A stretch of DNA of 64,000 nt from positions 15,922,275-15,986,274 of the forward strand of contig NC_134032.1 of assembly GCF_964204645.1 (NCBI RefSeq). Direction: 5' to 3'. The position numbers were made by a program, and so were the translations under genes. Below are positions 13,601 through 25,600 of this stretch, one piece after another. Source of the DNA: Tubulanus polymorphus. Taxonomy: Eukaryota > Animalia > Nemertea. The notes under the pieces are model-generated. The model worked only from the letters and a program-made list of their open reading frames with translations, had not been told where the DNA came from and did no database searches. How positions within the stretch are numbered: the stretch's first letter is position 1; each line of letters begins with the position of its first letter.

Positions 13601-16600
13601 TCTCTTACGCTAAAACACATTATTTACAAGTTCATCCCGATGAGTGTCGCCGAGCGCCAGATCCGTCATTTCCATCACAACTTGAACTAGACTCGATACC
13701 AGCGCGACTCATTGATTGTTGGTCGGTAAGTCATCACCTAGCAACAATCACAGTTCGTATTGATGGATCAGGGTGAATCTTATCTTCAAATCCAGACATT
13801 TTCAATTGCTGTTCCTGTTGGGTTCGGTTTCACAAAAAAAGTTAATCTCAAATTTTTGGTGTAATCGCCATTGGTTACTTCATGTTTACAATGAGGACAA
13901 CAATTCAAACTTAACCGTTTTAGGCTCAAACTTTTTCGTGAAACTGGGCCCTGGTGATGAGTGACGCAAGGAACCTCTTGATAAGAAACAGCCCTCACTG
14001 AGGATATCTTATAATTTAATCAGGGAATTTGAATTTTTGGTGTCTTGTTGTTCTTGCTGGTGACGAGTGACACGAGGAACCTCTTGATAAGAAACAGCCC
14101 TCACTGAGGATATCTTATAATTGAATCAGGGAATTTGAATTTTTGGTGTCTTGTTGTTCCTGCTGGTGACACAAGGTACCTCTTGATAACAAACAGCCCT
14201 CACTGAGGGTATCTTATAATTTAATCAGGGAATTTGAATTTTCGGTTGTTCTTGCTGGTGACGAGTGACACGAGGAACCTCTTGTAAAGAAACAGCCCTC
14301 ACCGAGGATATCTTATAATTTGCTGAGTGAACGTGAATTGAATTGTTTGATTGTTTGATTTAGGAGATGTACAATGATAAATCTGGTAATATAGCATTAC
14401 CCAAAATGCACTGTCCATTGTGTCCGTTAACCACTCGTAATTTAGAATGTCTACGCCATCATTACGTTATCTGTCGTCGTGGTAACAGCAGTATGACCGA
14501 TGACGAAGTTATTGATTGTTTGAGTCAACCATCCATACCTGCAGACGTGTTGAACAAGTGGATCGTAAGTAAAGACACACGGGCACACGCCCAGCAGTGT
14601 GCGTGCTACTAGGGCACATGCCCAGCAGTGTGCGCGCCACTAGGGTGCATGCCAGCAGTGCGCGCTACTAGGGTACACGCCCAGCAGTGTGCGCACCTAT
14701 CATTCTTATCAGTCTATCTTATCTCTTCAGTCAATAAATGATATTCATTCACTGAAATGATTATTGAATTTTAGGAATCATTCAAACAGAAGAATTTGGC
14801 GTATTGCCCGAAATGTCGTTCGGCACGGCGACAAATGCAGTCGTTAAAATCTCATTACGTGTCTTGTTCGGCGAGAACGAAGCAAACAAAACAGCAGCAA
14901 CAGCAGACGCCGGTCTCAGTCGAGGAGCAGACGGCCTCAACAGAGGAGCAGACGGCCTCAGCTGAGCTGCAGTTAACCTCACTGGTACAGTGGCTCCATC
15001 TACCTCTACTTTTTCAATTTTATCGTTTTCAAAAGTTTAAAATTCTGATTTACAGTATTATACCCTTTCTATTCATACAATAGGACGATCCGTCTGTCGC
15101 TGCCATGAAAATGGAAGAACCGATGGATACGACCTTGACCCACGAGGTATGTCGTCATCGGTAACAGTTTGATTGTTGTCCATTCTAGTCGAAATTTGTG
15201 TAAATTTTTAGAGTGAAAGATGATTTGCATTTTTTTCAGGAGAATGTTTTGGTCGAAGATTCGGAACTACCAGACGCTTTGCATAATCACATAAAGGTAA
15301 GTGCAGATATGGGTCGCCCTCCGTACCAGAAATGGGTTGCGCTCGGTACCAGAAATGGGTTGCTCTCAGTACCAGAAATGGGTCACCCTCGGTACCAGAA
15401 ATGGGTTGCCCTCGGTACCTGAAACAATTGTCGCCCTCTGACGCAGAAACCTAATCAGGGTTTCCAGCGGTCCTTCCAAGTCTTTCTTAGTCCTTATTTT
15501 GGAAAAAGTTTGGACAAACATCTTTGTTCTTCTTTTTGACTCTAAGTCCTTCCTTTTGATAAAAAAAAAGTCCTTCAAAATTTGATTTTTATGTATTTTC
15601 ACATACATTTTCATGCAGATTTGTTGTGAATTCGACTGTTGAAGTATTTTCTTACTCAGACCTGGTAATTCAATTATCAGTAAGATTGAATATACAGGAA
15701 AGTGTTATGGAATTACCCTGAAATATATGACTGGTCTATATGACTAGTATTCTAGTAGAGGCATTGCGAAAATGCTCCCTTATGGGCCCTCATTATACTG
15801 GAAATAACTTCTTTCTGAGTCTCCTTTTGGGTCTAAAATTGCCGAAAAAGTCCTTCTTAGTACTTGTTTTTACTCTGGCCTTACCACTGGAAACCCTGGC
15901 CTAATGCACCTCGAAATCATTGATAATATTTCAGACATTGTCTACGACTGACGACAGTTTACAGTGCCCCCTGTGTACGACTATCGTAACTACACCGGTA
16001 GAATTGAAATATCACTACATCGAGAGTCACATGGTGGTTCGAGAACAGACTATACCTCTGAGTATCGTACAGGAATGGAAGGTATTTATTATTCCACCAC
16101 CAGGAGTCGCCTCCGTCCGCACAGAAAAATAGATCATATTTCCGTCGATTTCAATTCCAGGACCAGTTGAAAGAGGGCGCTGCGATGGTGTGTCCGTTTT
16201 GTAAAGAGAATCGTCACAATTTGAAAGTGATCGCGCTTCACTTCATAGCGTGCCGTAAACTACAAATATCCGCTATTCCGGACTCATTGCTGGCTGCGTG
16301 GCAGCAACCGGTTAATAGTGATATCCGGTGTCCGTTATGTTCTCGAGTCCGGCGTGGAATTGAATCGATGAAATCACATTACGTGCTGTGTAAAGTGCGT
16401 CGTCATGACGATGCCGTTGAACCTGATACAGGTAATTAATGATAAACGATTCATTCAGTTGAACTCGCTCTAAACTGCTGCCGATTCAACTTGAAAATTT
16501 CTTTCGTTTCAGTGATATCTCTACCTTCCGATACGGCTGCCATGACGACTGTCACTACGGCGTCGACGTCGAATCCGGTAAAGGTAGTTAGAGCGGACTC

Positions 16601-19600
16601 GATTCCGGCTGCCAGTCCGTCGACCTCTGCCGGTCGAGCGCAGCAAACAGTGCCCGCTGTAGTGATACCCATCCCACCGGTCGGTTCTACGATCGTGCTG
16701 CCATCTATTATCCAACAGCAGCAGCAACAGACCGTGTGCGCTTTAACTAAACTAGGTTTAAGCGGTAGTGGTAATCAAGCGATGGTTGAACTAGGTTTAA
16801 GTCAGGATGATGATAATTCGGATGATGAAGATGCTGACGCTATTGAAATAGATATATCTGATAGTATACGTGCTACATGGCTGGTGAGTGTAACCCCCGT
16901 ACACAGCCCTACACTACCCAGTACAGCCCCACACTGACCCATACAGCCCCACACTGCCCAGTACAGCCCCACACTGCCCCATACAGCCCCACACTGCCCA
17001 GTACAGCCCCACACTGACCAGTACAACCCCACACTGACCTGTACAGCCCCACACTGCTTCGTAAGCCCCACACTGACCCATACAGCCCCACACTGACCCG
17101 TAAAGCCCCACACTGCCCCGTACACAGCCCCACACTGCCCAGTACAGCCCCACACTGACCCATACAGCCCCACACTGATCCATACTGCCTCGTATAGCCA
17201 CACAGAGTCCATTACCTGGTATACATGCTACATTGCTCATAATTGTTCCTGACAACTCCAAACAGTCCTTCATTCCCGCACGGCCCCATAAATCCCAAAG
17301 GGTCAGTTTTATGTAAAAATATTTCAAACAAATTGTTGATTCTATGGTTTTAGCAACATCAAAAGGAGAAAGGTTCGATGCGATGTCCGATTTGTTACTC
17401 GAAACGCTCGGTAATGTCAACAATGGAAACTCATTATCGCGAGTGTTTCCGTAAAGGGGGCGTTGTTCGCAAATCACCTCAAAAACGTTACATTCGTGAC
17501 CCTAATAGTCGTCGCACGGTTACCGCGACGACCGCTACTCCGGCGTCTGTTGCTGTAGTAACGCAGTCAGCTGTTACCACGGATACACAATTGAGAGGTA
17601 ACAATCGTCGTTAGAAATTTTGATGTTTAAAATAACGACATGCGTTGCGTCTATTTTATGATTTGAGTTTGATTGTTACAGGTAAGAAGTCGACGGAGCC
17701 GCCCCAGTTAATGGAGCCACCCCAGCTGATGGAGCCGCCCCAGCTGATATTCGATGAGTTTGAGACGGAGAGTATCGTCAGCGATTGCACCGACCTGACG
17801 ACCGCGACTCAGGACAGCGAAACCTCGATAGAAACTCCTTCTCGTCGTCGTGGGCGACCGCCGAAAAAACGTAAACTAACATCAGCGGCGCCACCTGCGC
17901 AACGAGACACGCCTGGGCGGGATTATAACGATATATCGGAGATATCGCCGGACGATCTGAAAAACTGGAAGGTACGTTAACTTTCAACTAGAGCGGTTTG
18001 AATAATGAGGTAACCGTAGTGATAAGCGATTGTTGAATTTATTTACAGATACAACTAAAAACAAACGGATCAGCGAAATGTCCGTTATGTGGAGTTCATA
18101 GAAAACATATTGATAGCATTATCAACCATTATAATCACTGTATAGAGGTAATTTACTATACCATACATCTCACTCTGTCCTCCCGTCACCTCTCCTCACC
18201 TCTCTCCTCACCTCTCCTCACCTCACCTCTCCTCACCTCTCTCCTCACCTCTCTGTCCTCCCATGACCTTTCTCTCCTCTCCTGACTCCTCACTCCTCTC
18301 CTGACCTCTCTCCTCTCCTGATCTCTCTTTCCTCTCTTGACCTCTCTCCCGGCCCCTCTCTCCTGACCCCTCCTGGCCCCTCTCTCCTGACCTCTCTCCT
18401 CCTGACCTCTCTCCTCTCCTGACCTCTCTCCCGTCCTCTCTTGACCTCTCTCCCGGCCCCTCTCTCCTGACCTCTCTCCTCTCTTGACCTCTCCTCTCTT
18501 GACCTCTCTCCTCTCCTGACCTCTCTCCCGGCCCCTCTCCTCTCCTGACCTCTCTCTTCTCGTGACCTCTCTCCTCTCCTGACCTCTCTCCTGACCTCTC
18601 TTTCTCCTGACCTCTCTCTCCTCTCTGGTGACCTCTCCTTCATCTACACGATGTATTGTTATAATTTCAGACTGATTATACGTGTAAATTGTGCAACTCT
18701 GAATTCAAAACTTTGCCGTCATTAAAATTCCACTTCATGTCTGTTCATTCCGCCCTGGTAAGTGAGTCTGTCAGCAGGTTTAACCCCCCCCCCCCCGCCC
18801 CCTAGCGGAGGGTGTGAGTTGATAATCTGGTTGTACATATATTTCAGTGGAGTATGGATGTACCGGAAGGTTTAAAAGATGACTCGTCGTTAAGGGTTGT
18901 CATGCAGAAAGTCGGTCGTCTGCTTTGTCCGCGTTGTAACCGAGAAATTAGGACTTACTTCCAGTCGTATAAATACCACGTAGAATGGTGTGGTAGAGAG
19001 GTTAGTATCCTGTCTGTCTGTCTGTGTCTGTCTGTCTCCGCTGACTGTCCGTCTGTCTGTCTGTCTGTCTTTCTGTCTGACTGTCTGTCTTTCTGTCTGT
19101 CTGTTTGTCTGACTGTCTGTCTGACTGTCTGTCTCGGTTCACTGTCTGTCTGTCTGTCTGTCTGACTGTCTGTCTCAGTTCACTGTCTGTCTGTCTGTCT
19201 GACTGACTGTCTGGCTGTCTGTCTGTCTGTCTGTCTCGGTTGACTGTCTGTCTGTCTGTCTCCGCTGACTGTCTGTCTGTCTGTCAGTCTCGGTTCACTG
19301 TCTGTCTGTCTGTCTCGGTTCACTGTCTGTCTGTCAGTCTCGGTTGACTGTCTGTCTGTTTGCCTGTCTGTCTCCGCTGACTGTCTGTCTGTCTCGGTTC
19401 ACTGTCTGTCTGTCTGTCTGTCTGTCTGTCTCAGTTGACTGTCTGTCTGTTTGTCTGTCAGTCTCAGTTGACTGTCTGTCTATCTGTCTGTTTGTCTGAG
19501 CTAGGCCAACCGGAATGCTCTCAAATCGGGTTGAAATAGACATAAGGTGCATTCTTGTTATCGCGGATGATTTAAACTACCTTTTCACATTATATTCATT

Positions 19601-22600
19601 ATATATGAGAATCGGGGGTTATACACATTTAGTCAATATCATTAATTTGGGGTCTAAGGGCGCCTTCTATGTTATAATATATGATATTTATCTGCCAGTT
19701 GCCAACTATTCAGCAATTGTAGCCCCCGATGATTTCTGTGAATTTTACAGCTCTCTCCATTCACCTGGGCACAAGTTAAGCGCTTGATTTAAGTTTAATA
19801 AAGCGGTCTAACTGCAGTTTGGGTCACCTATCCACTGGGTGGCGCTAGTATTATTAAAGAATAGTGTTATGGTAAGGTTAGGTTCATAACCATTAAGGAC
19901 ACCTAAAATGCAGTCATACCAATAAAGTTTAAGAATGCTGAAATTTTAGGATGTCCCAGAAAATTGTTGGTGGTCCTGGGTTATGGGGATCTCTGTCCCT
20001 CGAAGCTGTGATTATAATCAGTTCAAATAAAGTAAACAATGATAGCAACAGAACAGTTTTAGTCTCCTCTTTACAATATTAAAATGTTGTGTTCATGTTT
20101 AAAGTTTGCATGAATAAAACATTTTATTACCCACTGTTTGTTTATCTGTCTGTCTGTTCTATCTGTCTGTCTGAAATGTCATAGTCCACTGCAACATCTA
20201 GTAAAAGTTATGTTTAATTCATAGTCTCCAAAATAAGTCAGCTACACAGATTTCAGTGGGTATCTAGGTCAAGGTTATTGCTTTGACATCATCAGTTATG
20301 CCTGGGTCAGTGAATTGAGCATGTCAATGGTGGTCATGTGACCTAGGGTTAGGGTTTGATTGGCTGGCTAGAGTCATGATGTCACTGGTGGTCATGTGAC
20401 CTAGGGTTAGGGTTTGATTGGCTGGCTAGAGTCATGATGTCACTGGTGGTCATGTGACCTAGGGTTAGGGTTTGATTGGCTGGCTGGCTAGAGTCATGAT
20501 GTCACTGGTGGTCACCTGACCTAGGGTTAGGGTTTGATTGGCTGGCTGGCTAGAGTCATGATGTCACTGGTGGTCACCTGACCTAGGGTTAGGGTTTGAT
20601 TGGCTGGCTAGAGTCATGATGTCACTGCACCTGACCTAGGGTTAGGGTTTGATTGGCTGGCTAGAGTTATGATGTCACTGGTGGTCACCTGACCTAGGGT
20701 TAGGGTTTGATTGGCTGGCTAGAGTTATGATGTCACTTGTGTTTACATGTGACATGCTCATGTAACATGTGATCAGTGATAATGAATGGTGCTAGTACAC
20801 ACACTAGTGACCAGTCATAGTGTAGTTTATACAGTGTAATCATGTGACCTCATTTCACTGAATAGTTTCATATTGCTCAATGCTGTAATTATCTGTTATA
20901 ATATAACATGTAATACAATATAATCCACATAACAATCAGTGAACTCTTCAATTTGGATAAAATGAGAATTGAATTTTCTACTGTCATAACACTGATTTTC
21001 ACATGAATTTGAATGAATTTATTCAAATAAAAGATAAACTGAAACTTTTTACTCCATAATTGACATCCCCGAAAACTAACAGTTTGCTACTGTCTAACTA
21101 TATTTCAACTGTGTAGTGTATTTAGTACATACAGAATTTTAAACCTTTGTGAATTCAGTGATGTCTGTTTTAATTGCTTTATTATTATTTCACACTTGCG
21201 TCCGGTCGCCTTTTTCTAACATCCTACCCTGCAGTAACTAAACTTGTCTGAACATCCTTTCGGATATACAGCCTCTACTCAGGCTCCTGTCACCTCATTG
21301 TCTTTAAACCTATTTTGTTATTATATATTTTGTATGTAATGATGGTGAAAAATAAACTTCTTAGTCAGATACTTCATTAAATCTGTCAATCAGATTAAAT
21401 CACCTTCTCAAGGGATACGAATTAAGCCGAATTTTGATTTACGGAATTTAAAATCTTTTTTTAAATTTCTAGAACGAAACAGAAGTTTGTACGGTGTGCG
21501 GTAACACTATAAAGCGGATGTATATGTTGGTTCACGCGAGGAAGCATCGCAAGGAACAAGCTTTAGAGGAACGCATTAAAGAGGAGCAAGAGAAGAAACA
21601 GTTTGAGGTCGACGACGATACTCCGCAGGTCGAGGGCGGACGACCGAAACGACGCGCCGCTAGACGGTTAGTTCAATAGGTGGCGCTGTTACTACCGGAT
21701 ATCTCTTCATTCGTCGCTATGACGACTGACCATTTCGATGGTTTCTATTTCAGAGCCGTCGAAAGTCTTCAGAATTTATCGAAGGAACTCGAACAGACCG
21801 GCGGAACGGGAGGTAACATTAAAAACCGGTTTATAAGTCCTCCGTTACCGAGTCCGCCGGGCGTGTTGATCGACCAGTGGAATAAACTGTTGGATGATGG
21901 AAAGAAACTGGAGTGTCAATTTGAGGTGAGTTTCACAAACTACTGGGACCCCCGTCCCTGCAAGGGATGCTCCCTCCCCCCTCCCTCTGGTATACTGATA
22001 TATCTATGAGTTGTTTGTTTACAGGGCTGTGGTAAGACACAGATAAGCGTACAGGCCGCTATCTATCACTCCCCCCTCCCTCTGGTATACTGATATATCT
22101 ATGAGTTGTTTGTTTACAGGGCTGTGGTAAGACACAGATAAGCGTACAGGCCGCTATCTATCACTCCCCCCTCCCCCTGGTATACTGATATATCTATGAG
22201 TTGTTTGTTTACAGGGCTGTGGTAAGACACAGATAAGCGTTCAGGCCGCTATCTATCACTCCTCCCTCCCCCTGGTATGCTGATATATCTATGAGTTGTT
22301 TGTTTACAGGGCCGTGGTAAGACACAGATAAGCGTACAGGCCGCTATCTATCACTCCCCCCTCCCCCTGGTATACTGATATATCTATGAGTTGTTTGTTT
22401 ACAGGGCTGTGGTAAGACACAGATAAGCGTACAGGCCGCTATCTATCACTCCCCTCCCCCTGGTATACTGATATATCTATGAGTTGTTTGTTTACAGGGC
22501 TGTGGTAAGACACAGATAAGCGTACAGGCCGCTATCTATCACTCCCCCCTCCCTCTGGTATACTGATATATCTATGAGTTGTTTGTTTACAGGGCTGTGG

Positions 22601-25600
22601 TAAGACACAGATAAGCGTACAGGCCGCTATCTATCACTCCCCCCTCCCTCTGGTATGCTGATATATCTATGAGTTGTTTGTTTACAGGGCTGTGGTAAGA
22701 CACAGATAAGCGTACAGGCCGATATCTATCACTCCCCCCTCCCCCTGGTATACTGATATATCTATGAGTTGTATGTTTACAGGGCTGTGGTAAGACACAG
22801 ATAAGCGTACAGGCCGCTATCTATCACTCCCCCCTCCCCCTGGTATACTGATATATCTATGAGTTGTTTGTTTACAGGGCTGTGGTAAGACACAGATAAG
22901 CGTACAGGCCGCTATCTATCACTCCCCCCTCCCCCTGGTATACTGATATATCTATGAGTTGTTTGTTTACAGGGCTGTGGTAAGACACGGATAAGCGTAC
23001 AGGCCGCTATCTATCACTCCCCCCTCCCCCTGGTATACTGATATATCTATGAGTTGTTTGTTTACAGGGCTGTGGTAAGACACAGATAAGCGTACAGGCC
23101 GCTATCTATCACTCCCCTCCCCCTCCCCCTGGTATACTGATATATCTATGAGTTGTTTGTTTACAGGGCTGTGGTAAGACACAGATAAGCGTACAGGCCG
23201 CTATCTATCACTCCCCCCTCCCCCTGGTATACTGATATATCTATGAGTTGTTTGTTTACAGGGCTGTGGTAAGACACAGATAAGCGTACAGGCCGCTATC
23301 TATCACTCCTCCCCCTCCCCCTGGTATACTGATATATCTATGAGTTGTTTGTTTACAGGGCTGTGGTAAGTCACAGATAAGCGTACAGGCCGCTATCTAT
23401 CACTCCCCTCCCCCTGGTATACTGATATATCTATGAGTTGTTTGTTTACAGGGCTGTGGTAAGACACAGATAAGCGTACAGGCCGCTATCTATCACTCCC
23501 CCCTCCCCCTGGCATACTGATATATCTATGAGTTGTTTGTTTACAGGGCTGTGGTAAGACACGGATAAGCGTACAGGCCGCTATCTATCACTCCCCCCTC
23601 CCCCTGGTATACTGATATATCTATGAGTTGTTTGTTTACAGGGCTGTGGTAAGACACAGATAAGCGTACAGGCCGCTATCTATCACTCCTCCCCCTCCCC
23701 CTGGTATACTGATATATCTATGAGTTGTTTGTTTACAGGGCTGTGGTAAGACACAGATAAGCGTACAGGCCGCTATCTATCACTTTCAACGATGTGATTT
23801 TAACGGATTCGAAGGTTTGTTCCGGTGTAAAAAGTGTAAGAAAGAAACGACGTCCGAACTGGGAATGAGGTATCATGTGACGACTAACCACGACTGGGTG
23901 AGTACCGGCGTACACCACCAGGGGGCGTCACTTCATCTACTCTCGATATTTTGCAACATTTTCATCGATTTATTCAAAAAAGGAAAAGTTGAGACTAAAT
24001 AGAATCACTAAACGACTACTAGCGACACCTAGATAATGCTCACTTGCCGCAGTTAGAGCGTTGCCGTGGTATTTATTTCGATGTTTATATTGTTGCAGGA
24101 GACGAGCGATGCCAGCGACTACGAGGCTCAAATCTCAAACGAAGAGGAAGAAAGCGAGGAGGAAAGCGAGGAATCGGATCATTTATCGGACGACGATTCA
24201 TTCGTTAGAGGTTGGTTACCGTAGTGATTATAACCGTCGCGCCCATTGTTACTTAGTTTAAAATCCTCCCGAGAGAAAATTTAGATTCGTTTTATTTAAC
24301 GTCGATTTTAACGAAATCGCAACCAGAAATCTCGTTACCGTAGTGACGACTGTCGTGCATTGTTAGAGTTTTGATATTTCAGAATCTCACTCGTCGACGT
24401 CTAAGAGACGAACGGCGTCTGCTGCTGGTAACACGTCGTCTGCTCGTGTGTCACGTGACGTACCACATCGTCAACGTCCGGCAGCCGCTCATCGCAACTC
24501 GCAGAATTTCTGCATTAAACCCGACCCCGAATATATCAAACGTAACTACCGATATCACGATCGCCATGACGACGCGTGGATTTACGATTGTTGGCGACCG
24601 TCGCGATCGGATTGGTCTGAAATACCGTACAGGTTCGTAATGACGATGATATCACGAAGGCGGGTCGGGGAGGCTGTTGGTTCGGGGAGGCGGTCAGGGG
24701 GAGGTGAGGTATATTAACTGTTGATTGTTTATAATTTCAGCGATCGGGAGAATTATTTACCGGTTGCGAAATTCAGTCCTCAATTCCGAGTGATTAAAGA
24801 TCAGCAGACGACAGTTGAATCAATTACATTACCGCTGTTTCAATCAGTTACTGCTAGTAAGTGTTTCATTATATTACTCGCATCTCTCCCCAGGGGAAGG
24901 AGAGATGGGAAGGGAGGTATGGGGAGCAGGGAGAGGGAGAGGGAGAGATGAGGAGGGTGAAGGAATGAGAAGGAGGGAGATGGCTCCTCTCAATGTTAAA
25001 ACTTCATTCAAATTTTTCAGCGAATTTGGTCGCGTTTTTTGTCGGTGGACCAGTTTGGGCGAGCGACTGGTGCCCGACGCCATTGGCTGAAAAATCGGCG
25101 AATCAGATCGCTGCGTTAGCCGTACAACGACGACAGGAAGCGATCGACACGGACGTACCGTCTTTACAAATCTGGGATTTCGGTGTTTTGGATCCGACGA
25201 GTTTAAACTCGTGTGAACCTCGTATTAAAACCATCATCGACGTCGGAACTAAGAAAATCTGGACGTTAAAATGGTGTCCTAGCGGGTGTTGGGAAAATAA
25301 TATAACCGGAAAACAGGTTCGTTTCATGAAGAGGTGTTCAAGGGGGTGTTTGCAAAAACAGGGTTTTGGCTAAAAAGTTAAATCAGTTAAATTTAAATTA
25401 AATCTAGTCCAATCGATGTTTTTAAATCTAAGCCATTTGCTCATTAAAGCTTTTAATAAACTCGTTTTAGTTTTATATGTTTCTATGTTCTCTTAGTAAA
25501 TTATAATAATAATAATTATTATTATTAATAACTGATGTATAAGATCAGCCCGTAAAGATACACAAGCCCTCGATAGTTATATTTTGTTATGATATGTTTT

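Noticed and set aside
21970-23783. CRISPR array or Dscam-like cassette exon cluster
   Set aside because: The units are near-identical, carry no variable spacer and encode only half a finger, so they offer no coding diversity.
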